Below, piece after piece: positions 7,590-14,578 of a stretch of DNA of 28,217 nt. Below the pieces are notes generated by a model that was given only the letters and a program-made list of their open reading frames with translations, made no database searches and was not told the DNA's origin. The stretch comes from Candidatus Lloydbacteria bacterium RIFCSPHIGHO2_02_FULL_50_18 (lineage in GTDB: Bacteria; Patescibacteriota; Minisyncoccia; Phycocordibacterales; UBA6899), in the NCBI GenBank assembly GCA_001821395.1, contig MHLM01000005.1, positions 1-28,217 of the forward strand, read 5' to 3'. Made by a program: the position numbers and the translations under genes. How positions within the stretch are numbered: the first letter of the stretch is position 1; each line of letters starts with the position of its first letter.

Positions 7590-7718
7590 TAAAATTCTCG
7601 TTAATTTTGATGCGATACGAGGCGCAAACAAGCAGTACCGAGGAGACGTACTCATCGTACTTCTCCTCGGTCTGCGCAGTGCAGCAACGACGTAGCGCGC
7701 AAAATTAACGAGAATTTT
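7590..7718 (-). terminator. Compound stem-loop immediately 3' of the 625-aa gene. A 19-bp perfect inverted repeat encloses a 14-bp hairpin and the palindrome CTGCGCAG, and carries copy 2 of the direct repeat
   Basis: AAAATTCTCGTTAATTTTG at 7590-7608 is exactly complementary to CAAAATTAACGAGAATTTT at 7700-7718. Inside it, CCGAGGAGACGTAC (7638-7651) pairs with GTACTTCTCCTCGG (7657-7670) with one mismatch around loop TCATC. On the minus-strand transcript the outer stem ends in UUUU and the inner hairpin is followed by a U-rich stretch UACUGCUUGUUUG. Confidence 0.5.
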
Positions 7719-9596
7719 TTACCAGTAGGTGCGATCGGAGGTAATACCTAAGATAGTATTTTGTCCCAAGTAGTCACCCGAAACAGTGATGGTGCCCGGT
7801 ACCGCAATTCCCCAATGTGTCGTCTTGTATGCCTGAGTTGCGGTCGTTGTTGATTTTTCGATATGAACAGCAAACGTTGCTCCCGGGTTAGCGAGGAGTG
7901 AAACTGCTGATGCATACGCTATCGATGAGGTGGCATAGCGCTGATTTGCAACAACGATAGTATCTGTTGGTAGACCGGAACAAGCTGCGGGGTATCCAAT
8001 ACACATGTCTGCCCCATAGAGCGTCTCATCAAGACCAAGATTGCCTGCTGCGTACATGTCAGTACGATTGAGCGATGAGTTCCCTACGGTCCCTGAGTCA
8101 TTGCCCGGCTGCAATCCACCGTATGCGATCGTCGTCGTTGAAACACTGTAAGCAAGGAAACTCGTGAGCTCGTTGCCACTTGATGCATCCACTAGGGAGC
8201 TGGTGGCAAAATTATTATCGGCGGCTTGCGCCGAAGCGAGCCAGTTTTGCGCCCAATAAGTAGGGTCGGTAGCAGGACCACCGGTTCCGTCGGTCGCGTC
8301 AGCTACATACCAGAGCGGGAATGTACAGTTCCAGATAACGTCAGAATCACCTGTTCCGAGGCAGGAAGCTGGACTTGCCGTGCACGTCACGTTCCAAGCG
8401 ATACTCGTGGTTGCCGCAGCACCAGGGTAGCAGTTATTCGCATTATACCACTGAGACTTATCACAGAATGCGCTCGTGATACCGGAGCGATAGACATCGG
8501 TCAATCCGAAGACGATCTCATTCGTCGAGGATGCAGTCTGACAGCTGTTCTGGTCCGATACCGTATATTGGACACTAAAGCCCGGCGTTTGCGTTGCGAT
8601 ACCAGTAAGTATTAAATTTCCCGAGCCATCTGTATCAAGCAAACTAATAGAGGCAGCCGCGATCGTTGGTGTCATATTATTAACAATGAGCGAACGATTG
8701 GTCCCCTGCATTCCACCCAGGGCCGCGAGGCCACCATGGGCATCGATCACATAGCCATATGCGGCGAAGGTACCATCCGGGTCAGGATTTGGGAGGACAA
8801 CCGTTGTCGTTGGTGTTGCAGTAGCGAACGGCGAAACTCCCCATGTGCCCCCCGCTCCGCATGCTGTACCCGTAAAGTCTGCTGCTTTGCAGACGAACAG
8901 TTCAACAGTGTCAGTATCCGCACCTTGATACGTATCGGGGTCAGATGATGTCGCGTACCAATTGACCGTGCCTCCGGGATTCGTCGGTGAGTCATTCACA
9001 AAGAGCGTAAAGGTCGGACGATGATTCACTACAAACGGTGATGATGTTGTCCCACTACCTGATTTCGGCGTTGGATTGCATGCAGCGTTGACGGCATTTC
9101 CGTCGCAGATATACGCATACCAATCGTTGAATTCTGCACTAAATTGGGAGCCCGTGCCTTCAGTGGTCGTTGTTGCAACGGTTGACGTTGCCCCCGACAG
9201 TGTCGATGCAGACCGTATCCAGCGATTACTGACACCTCCCCCGCATTCCGGAGCTCCGCCATTCACGGGAGTTGGCGCAGACAATGCCTTACAAATGAGC
9301 AGGTAATAGTTATCTCCTGATGAGTCAGTGACGTTGGCTCTCCATGTGACATTTTGCGATACATTTGTTGGTGTCGACGTAGATGAACCCGGAGCTTCCT
9401 GCGCATCCCCATACGGACTATTCCATTGCGGTGGCGTATTTAGCACGGTAACTGAGGTCGTCGCATTATTTGCTAGGGCAACATTCCCACGAGGCACGTC
9501 GATGACAACTCCAAGCATGATAAGGCACACTCCAAGCAATGTAGTGGCAATAGTGATCTTCCCTCCGATCGTTGTATGAGAGTTTTTGAGCGTCAT
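7719..9596 (-). CDS. Secreted or membrane-anchored Ser/Thr/Gly/Asn-rich protein with many cysteines (625 aa); function unknown
   Basis: The N-terminal hydrophobic segment is KITIATTLLGVCLIMLGVVI. The body is low-complexity S/T/G/N/A-rich with many paired Cys (e.g. LICKAL...ECGGG, ICDGNAVNAAC). The ORF is long and uninterrupted. A TATAAT box lies 14 nt upstream of the ATG. Confidence 0.75.
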   Translation of the reverse strand: MTLKNSHTTIGGKITIATTLLGVCLIMLGVVIDVPRGNVALANNATTSVTVLNTPPQWNSPYGDAQEAPGSSTSTPTNVSQNVTWRANVTDSSGDNYYLLICKALSAPTPVNGGAPECGGGVSNRWIRSASTLSGATSTVATTTTEGTGSQFSAEFNDWYAYICDGNAVNAACNPTPKSGSGTTSSPFVVNHRPTFTLFVNDSPTNPGGTVNWYATSSDPDTYQGADTDTVELFVCKAADFTGTACGAGGTWGVSPFATATPTTTVVLPNPDPDGTFAAYGYVIDAHGGLAALGGMQGTNRSLIVNNMTPTIAAASISLLDTDGSGNLILTGIATQTPGFSVQYTVSDQNSCQTASSTNEIVFGLTDVYRSGITSAFCDKSQWYNANNCYPGAAATTSIAWNVTCTASPASCLGTGDSDVIWNCTFPLWYVADATDGTGGPATDPTYWAQNWLASAQAADNNFATSSLVDASSGNELTSFLAYSVSTTTIAYGGLQPGNDSGTVGNSSLNRTDMYAAGNLGLDETLYGADMCIGYPAACSGLPTDTIVVANQRYATSSIAYASAVSLLANPGATFAVHIEKSTTTATQAYKTTHWGIAVPGTITVSGDYLGQNTILGITSDRTYW

Positions 9597-9616
9597 AAAA
9601 ACGTGTCTATATTATA
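9597..9616 (-). promoter_or_regulatory. -10 box TATAAT with a very short leader for the 625-aa gene
   Basis: The minus strand reads cctgTATAATATAGACACGTTTTT-ATG. The hexamer is at plus-strand 9611-9616, 14 nt from the start codon. No SD was seen. Confidence 0.45.
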
Positions 9617-9866
9617 CAGGAGCAATGCAAGAAAGAATTCAAAGTTATACACAGTTTTGCATGTTTCGTAAGATCGAGATCGACATGCGAGCAAACAAAA
9701 TGACGTCATCAAGGCGAATGGTGAACGAAAATACAGATACAACTGACAGGTAACCCCTGCTCAAGGAGCAGGAGCACAAGCATGAAATGACCCGATACTC
9801 GAAAAAATCACTACCAAGAATTGAGCGCTCTTAAAATCGTTGGGCTCAAAAAATAACGACAGGAGA

Positions 9867-11075
9867 CTACTTATATCTGATAGCGTCAAGCGGGTTTAAG
9901 CTTGCAGCGCGTCTCGCCGGGAAAACTCCAGTAAGAAAACCGACGATCGCAGAAAATACGGCGATGAAGGTAAGGAAGGTCAAGGGGAACGAAAAGAGAG
10001 AGACGGATTTTCCGCCAAAATTCGATGCGGCGACGTTCATAATACTATTCAGCACAAACCCAATAGTCGCACCAAAAAGAATTCCCATGATCCCACCGAG
10101 AAAACCGACGATGACGGCTTCCGCAACAAAGAGGATCTGAATATCACCGGAAGACGCTCCGAGCGTACGCATGATACCGATCTCGGCAGTACGCTCCAAG
10201 AGCGTCACGGTCATGGTGTTGAACATACCGATAGCAGACACCGTGAGCGCGATGCCACCGAATACTGCGAGTACCGCCTGAATACCCTGGAAGATCTTGT
10301 TCGCCTGTTCGACCGTCTTTGAAAGTGCGGTCACGACATACCCCTTCTTCACGATCTCCGTTTGTGTGGGATCAAGAAAATCACTTTTTGTGATACGCAC
10401 CTGTACTTTGTCGTATGTTTTTGTTTGAACATGATTCTGCAATTCCGAGAGTGGGATGATTGCGGCAATAAAATTTTCTTCGTTGGTGACCCCAACAACC
10501 TTATACGATTTATCGATGGCGACCTGCTCGGATTCATCAGTCCCCTCTTTCAATATGAACACACGAAAGTTCACCATTTTACCCAATGCATCTTTCGGCG
10601 TATTTATTGCAAAGAGTTTGAGCACCGCCTTGGTGAGAATCACTCCATCCTTATCTTTCGCCTCATTCCCCGCAAGGAAAAGATCTCCGGCAACAGCTGT
10701 CGCGCCAGAGTAACGAAAAAACGCTGGTTCTGCCCCCTGCAGGAAAGCATTACCCGAAAGTCCTTCAATGGTGATGAGCGCAGGAAAACTTGCAAGGGGT
10801 GTAACGTCCTTCACGTTAGGAAGTGCCGCAAATTCTTTTATGGAACGATCAGTAAGCTGAACCGCTTTCGACGGAGGATTATTGACCGAAAGCGAGAGCA
10901 ATGTTTCGCCGAAGACGATCTGCTCGAGGATGATGTTCTGCAATCCGAAGCCGAGACCAACGAGGGTCACAACGGCACCCGTTCCGACGCCCATGCCGGC
11001 AATAGTAAGCCACGTACGAGCCGGATTCGTCTTAAACGCACGCGTCGACAGCATCGCAATATCTTGAAGTCTCAT
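9867..11075 (-). CDS. ABC transporter permease, FtsX/MacB family (402 aa; TM1, large extracytoplasmic domain, TM2-4)
   Basis: The N-terminal TM is WLTIAGMGVGTGAVVTLVGLGFGL. A ~230-aa soluble domain follows. The C-terminus carries three TM helices and the FtsX-family signature ERTAEIGIMRTLGAS. Confidence 0.9.
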   Translation of the reverse strand: MRLQDIAMLSTRAFKTNPARTWLTIAGMGVGTGAVVTLVGLGFGLQNIILEQIVFGETLLSLSVNNPPSKAVQLTDRSIKEFAALPNVKDVTPLASFPALITIEGLSGNAFLQGAEPAFFRYSGATAVAGDLFLAGNEAKDKDGVILTKAVLKLFAINTPKDALGKMVNFRVFILKEGTDESEQVAIDKSYKVVGVTNEENFIAAIIPLSELQNHVQTKTYDKVQVRITKSDFLDPTQTEIVKKGYVVTALSKTVEQANKIFQGIQAVLAVFGGIALTVSAIGMFNTMTVTLLERTAEIGIMRTLGASSGDIQILFVAEAVIVGFLGGIMGILFGATIGFVLNSIMNVAASNFGGKSVSLFSFPLTFLTFIAVFSAIVGFLTGVFPARRAASLNPLDAIRYK

Positions 11076-11091
11076 AGCTCACTCTATTATA
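11076..11091 (-). promoter_or_regulatory. -10 box TATAAT plus conserved ATAGAGTGAGCT spacer directly abutting the permease start codon (near-leaderless)
   Basis: The minus strand reads tcTATAATAGAGTGAGCT-ATG. The hexamer is at plus-strand 11086-11091, with a 10-nt spacer to the ATG. The ATPase gene carries the same 18-mer pattern. Confidence 0.5.
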
Positions 11092-11387
11092 GAAGAGAAG
11101 TGGACGAAGACCAAGTGTTCATACCTCATATCTAAGCTATCTCGCAGGAGCGACACGACCAATACCCTCCCCGACTCGTCTTGATCACAACAAAAAAGCG
11201 CATCGAATTTGAAAACCCTAGAGCAAGTCAAAGATTTGGGATGAAATGCACCACAGGAGTACTTCCAAATTTCAGTACTCGAAGACTCGATGAAATTTTA
11301 GGTCGCAGGCGTCAAGGAAGGCGCGTGCTATTTTTAAAACTCTCAGATTTGGATGAAATTCGGGTGCGGCGACTGTGCGGTGTCGGA

Positions 11388-11412
11388 GCGGATGTACTCA
11401 TTGTACATTCGC
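11388..11412 (-). other. Hairpin GCGGATGTAC-TCATT-GTACATTCGC, 48 nt downstream of the ABC ATPase stop codon
   Basis: The 10-bp stem has one G-T pair. Its stem top and loop (GTAC TCATY GTAC) match the hairpin at 7638-7670, which is also exactly 48 nt past its gene's stop. No U-run follows on the minus strand. Confidence 0.35.
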
Positions 11413-11460
11413 CCGACCCGCGCAGGAAGCCAAGCCCGAAGTTCGCCAAATGTGTGAGTT

Positions 11461-12789
11461 TTAATGGTGGGCTTCGCCGGTGCGCGGAATGCCTAGTGCG
11501 ATCAATTTCTCAATCAACCGCGAAACATCGAAAGACTGCTTCTTATTAAGCCCCACACCCCCCTCCTTCTGTGACAACCCTACCTGATCTGCAAATTCAT
11601 CACGCTTAATGAACCCTCCAATACGCTGAGCGATCGCATCTTCAAAATGTTGTTTTCCTGTTGCGTCAAGACTGAGGTCAAATTGTCCTGCAACAAATTC
11701 TGCTATACGATTGATAAACTCCATATTGCGGATCTGTACTCCCTCGCCGGTTTTTGCGCGGCGAAAACGTTGGATGTCGAGGGCGTGCTCATTGATGCTC
11801 ATGAGTTTTCCGGCCATCTCTGTTGCGCGAGCAACAGGAAGTCCGACTCCTCCCGTATCAAAATCAGCCATCAGCGAACGAAGATATGTTCCTCCCTCCA
11901 TACGCCCTGAGATGACTGCCTCAGTAATCTTCTGAAGCCGCGTGATCTGATCGAAGGTTAACTCCTCGATGAGATAGTTGACGATACTTTTCACTTGAAG
12001 CTCGTTCGGTGAGTCATATGGATAAATACGCGCGATCTGTTCAATTTCGGTCACGATAGTCGTGCCCGGTGCAAGTTTCAATATTTGTCTTTTTTCCGGA
12101 TTCGGAACGATGCGCTCGACGCGACCATCCGTCATATAAACAATGCGATGCGCGTACGGCAGGTACTTTGCGTCGTGCGTCACGAGGAGCACTGTTTTTT
12201 TGTCTTTTGCGTTGATCTCCGCCAATGTATCCATAACCTGAGCCGCAGTGATCGAGTCGAGATTACCGACCGGCTCATCAGCAATGAGGATCTGCGGATC
12301 GTTCACCAAAGACCGTGCCACTGACACACGCTGCTGCTGTCCACCAGAAAGAAGGGTTGGCCGCTTGTGAGCAACTTTATCGATCATGAATCGACGGCAA
12401 AGCTCCATCCCCCGGTCAAAGCGTTCACCCGGAGGCACGCCGTCAAAGATGAGCGGGAGTGCGACATTGTCGAGCACCGTGATCGATGGGATCAGATTGA
12501 ATGACTGATACATGATACCCATCGTCTTTCGCTGAAAGTGGACCATCTGCATCGGAGAGAAATCATAGATGCTTTCACCGTTCACATACATCTTCCCCGC
12601 GGACGGCTCAAGAACTCCGAACATACAATAGAGCAGCGTCGATTTTCCACAACCGGACGGCCCAAAAAGAATGATATATTCCTGGTCAAAGATCTCCACC
12701 GTTGCTCCCTTGTTCGCCTTAAACTCATTCTCCTTCCCAAGGTTATACGTGATCTCGATCTTGTCTCCAAATATAATCGGCTTTCCCAT
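11461..12789 (-). CDS. ABC transporter ATP-binding protein (MacB/LolD-like NBD) with a ~215-aa C-terminal extension of unknown function (442 aa)
   Basis: The ABC motifs are all present: Walker A GPSGCGKST, Q-loop MYQSFNL, signature LSGGQQQRVSVARSL, Walker B ILIADEPVGNLD and H-loop LLVTHDAKY. The ABC domain ends near residue 225. Residues ~226-442 (11464-12114) are charged, have no recognisable motif and read as alpha-helical. Confidence 0.9.
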   Translation of the reverse strand: MGKPIIFGDKIEITYNLGKENEFKANKGATVEIFDQEYIILFGPSGCGKSTLLYCMFGVLEPSAGKMYVNGESIYDFSPMQMVHFQRKTMGIMYQSFNLIPSITVLDNVALPLIFDGVPPGERFDRGMELCRRFMIDKVAHKRPTLLSGGQQQRVSVARSLVNDPQILIADEPVGNLDSITAAQVMDTLAEINAKDKKTVLLVTHDAKYLPYAHRIVYMTDGRVERIVPNPEKRQILKLAPGTTIVTEIEQIARIYPYDSPNELQVKSIVNYLIEELTFDQITRLQKITEAVISGRMEGGTYLRSLMADFDTGGVGLPVARATEMAGKLMSINEHALDIQRFRRAKTGEGVQIRNMEFINRIAEFVAGQFDLSLDATGKQHFEDAIAQRIGGFIKRDEFADQVGLSQKEGGVGLNKKQSFDVSRLIEKLIALGIPRTGEAHH

Positions 12790-12805
12790 AACTGACTCTA
12801 TTATA
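12790..12805 (-). promoter_or_regulatory. -10 box TATAAT plus conserved ATAGAGTCAGTT spacer directly abutting the ATPase start codon (near-leaderless)
   Basis: The minus strand reads taTATAATAGAGTCAGTT-ATG. The hexamer is at plus-strand 12800-12805, with a 10-nt spacer to the ATG. Confidence 0.5.
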
Positions 12806-12868
12806 TAGGAGCGAGGCGATTATGGACAATGAGCTTTACGCGGTCAGTGAATGAGCATCGAGCGGGGG

Positions 12869-12889
12869 GCCGCCCGTTAACGGTTCGGC
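12869..12889. promoter_or_regulatory. 21-bp near-palindrome GCCGCCCGTTAACGGTTCGGC (perfect 10-bp core CCGTTAACGG) in the divergent ABC/two-component intergenic region; candidate operator
   Basis: The sequence is read directly. The core 12874-12883 is a perfect palindrome and the flanks match 11 of 13 positions. It is centred 39-45 bp from the receiver gene's ATG and ~85 bp from the ATPase ATG. Confidence 0.4.
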
Positions 12890-12926
12890 ACTTTCCTGTT
12901 GAATAGTAAATTGTTACCATTGAACT

Positions 12927-13313
12927 ATGAATAATGAACAACACACCGTGCTTATCGTCGAAGACGACCAGATACTGCTCCGCATGCTTGCGAATATGCT
13001 CAAGGAAAAAGGTCTCATTGTGCTCGAGGCAAAGAATGGACTGGAGGGTATGGCGCAGATAGGTGCAGCAATCCCCGACCTCATGCTGCTCGATATCGAC
13101 ATGCCACAAATGGACGGAATCGCGATGCTACGCAACCTTAAGGAAAACAATATCAAGGTCTCAACACTCATGCTCACCAATCTGACCAATAGCACCTATA
13201 TTGCCGATGCCGCAGAACTCGGTGTCAACGAGTTTCTCGTCAAATCAGACTGGGAAATAGACGACATCGTCACAAAGGTCGAAGAAAAACTTCTTCGTGC
13301 ACACCACTCATGA
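12927..13313 (+). CDS. Stand-alone response-regulator receiver (CheY-like, 128 aa; no output domain)
   Basis: VLIVEDDQILLRMLANML carries the acidic pocket DD. The phospho-acceptor Asp sits in LMLLDIDMPQMDG. STLMLT and the conserved Lys in FLVKS are present. The protein ends right after the receiver fold. Its stop overlaps the kinase start (ATGA at 13310-13313). Confidence 0.85.
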   Translation: MNNEQHTVLIVEDDQILLRMLANMLKEKGLIVLEAKNGLEGMAQIGAAIPDLMLLDIDMPQMDGIAMLRNLKENNIKVSTLMLTNLTNSTYIADAAELGVNEFLVKSDWEIDDIVTKVEEKLLRAHHS

Positions 13314-14305
13314 ATGACCCGAAAAAAAAATCTTTTTTACGCCGCGTACTCTTCGCAAACTGCGACGCACTAGGAGTGGGGATCTGGTCCTGTCCAAGTT
13401 TCATCTTTCTCATCATGGGAGCGGTGATCATTGTTACTATCCTGACAACCTATGTGATCGCGGAACAACACGCTGATCCGGAAGTCGTGATCGCCATCGT
13501 AACACTGCTCACTGTTTTTCTGCTCATCATCACTCAGGTACTCGTCAACGCATTTGAAAAGATCGTGCGCAGTAGGCAGGTTGAAGCGGCTCGCACGAAA
13601 GAAGTCGCCGAACTCAAGGATCAATTCCTCTATCTCGCTGTTCACGATCTCGCCTCAGCGGCAACAGCGGTAAAGTGGGGTCTCAAAATGCTTGAACGGA
13701 ATCCGGATAAAACACAGACACCTTACGAGCAGGAAATTTTTAGCAGTATTCGTACGCGAAATGATCGACTCGTTACACTCGTTCATCAGATCGCCCTCAT
13801 CACACAGATTGAGCACGGAGAGATCATGCTCCACACTGAGCCAGTCCTCCTTTCGGAGCTATTGAATGATGCGATAAAGAAGCAGCGGGGAGGAGATGCG
13901 CCTGAACGCGCCGCTTGTAATATCGATATCGCACCACAACTTCCGCTCTTCATCACCGACAGAGATTTCTTCAACGAAATAATTGATACGCTTCTTTATA
14001 ATGCACGCATGCATGCTCCTCATGACGGATGCAACATAGCGATCTCCGCAAAAATTGAGGCCGATACGGTGCTCGTTGTCGCAGTGGAAAATAATGGTGA
14101 AGGAATACCCGCTGAACTCCAAGCGCATATCTTCGAAAAATTCTGGCGCAATGAAAAGACCGGGAAGATCGAGCGTGCCGGATTCGGACTCTATATTGCA
14201 CAGTCCCTCGCTCGTCTCCTCGGCGGGGATATCACCTTCACCTCTGACCCCACCATCACCTGTTTCACCCTTCGCCTCCCCCTCACTCCCCCCGTAAATA
14301 CCTAA
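13310..14305 (+). CDS. Sensor histidine kinase, intramembrane-sensing type (331 aa; two TM helices, almost no extracytoplasmic loop)
   Basis: The TM helices are FIFLIMGAVIIVTILTTYVIA and VVIAIVTLLTVFLLIITQVLV. The H-box is LAVHDLASAATAV. The ATPase motifs are N-box LLYNARMHAP, G1 VENNGEGIP, F-box IFEKFWR and G2 GFGLYIAQSLARLLGG. Confidence 0.85.
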   Translation: MNDPKKKSFLRRVLFANCDALGVGIWSCPSFIFLIMGAVIIVTILTTYVIAEQHADPEVVIAIVTLLTVFLLIITQVLVNAFEKIVRSRQVEAARTKEVAELKDQFLYLAVHDLASAATAVKWGLKMLERNPDKTQTPYEQEIFSSIRTRNDRLVTLVHQIALITQIEHGEIMLHTEPVLLSELLNDAIKKQRGGDAPERAACNIDIAPQLPLFITDRDFFNEIIDTLLYNARMHAPHDGCNIAISAKIEADTVLVVAVENNGEGIPAELQAHIFEKFWRNEKTGKIERAGFGLYIAQSLARLLGGDITFTSDPTITCFTLRLPLTPPVNT

Positions 14306-14313
14306 TTGCCCTA

Positions 14314-14352
14314 AAAACAAAAACCCACTGCAGCGCAGCGAGTTTTTGTTTT
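14314..14352. terminator. Candidate bidirectional terminator hairpin after the histidine kinase gene
   Basis: AAAACAAAAAC (14314-14324) pairs with GTTTTTGTTTT (14342-14352), an 11-bp AU-only stem with a 17-nt loop containing CTGCAG. ATTGCTTTT follows on the plus strand. The stem is weak. Confidence 0.35.
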
Positions 14353-14578
14353 ATTGCTTTTAAGAACTACAGAGCCGGAGTATTGGTGAAGTCGGAAGGC
14401 ACGTCGTAAATTCGAATGCCCTGCGAGGCAAAATAAAAATATGCAAGGAAGCCTTGAAACGCCCAAATTTGAATGCAGTACAAGACGTCAAAGAATGATA
14501 CCTCCCGAGACATACTCGGAGTACGACGAGCGGGGTTCATTCTGCAGACAACGAAATGCTGCGTCAAATTTGGACGTT

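Noticed and set aside
7279-7657. The direct repeats read as a diversity-generating retroelement TR/VR pair
   Set aside because: The mismatches between copies are transitions at mixed bases, not adenine-specific. Both copies are outside coding sequence. No reverse transcriptase gene is in the window.
7384-7695. A 103-aa ORF in the long non-coding region
   Set aside because: It runs straight through the direct repeat and the inverted-repeat stem-loop and has no promoter or RBS signals. It is more plausibly structural RNA or DNA.
11181-11549. A 122-aa plus-strand ORF between the ABC genes
   Set aside because: It is Arg-rich with an improbable composition. It overlaps the 3' end of the ATPase gene antisense and covers the repeat or hairpin-rich gap, so it is treated as non-coding.
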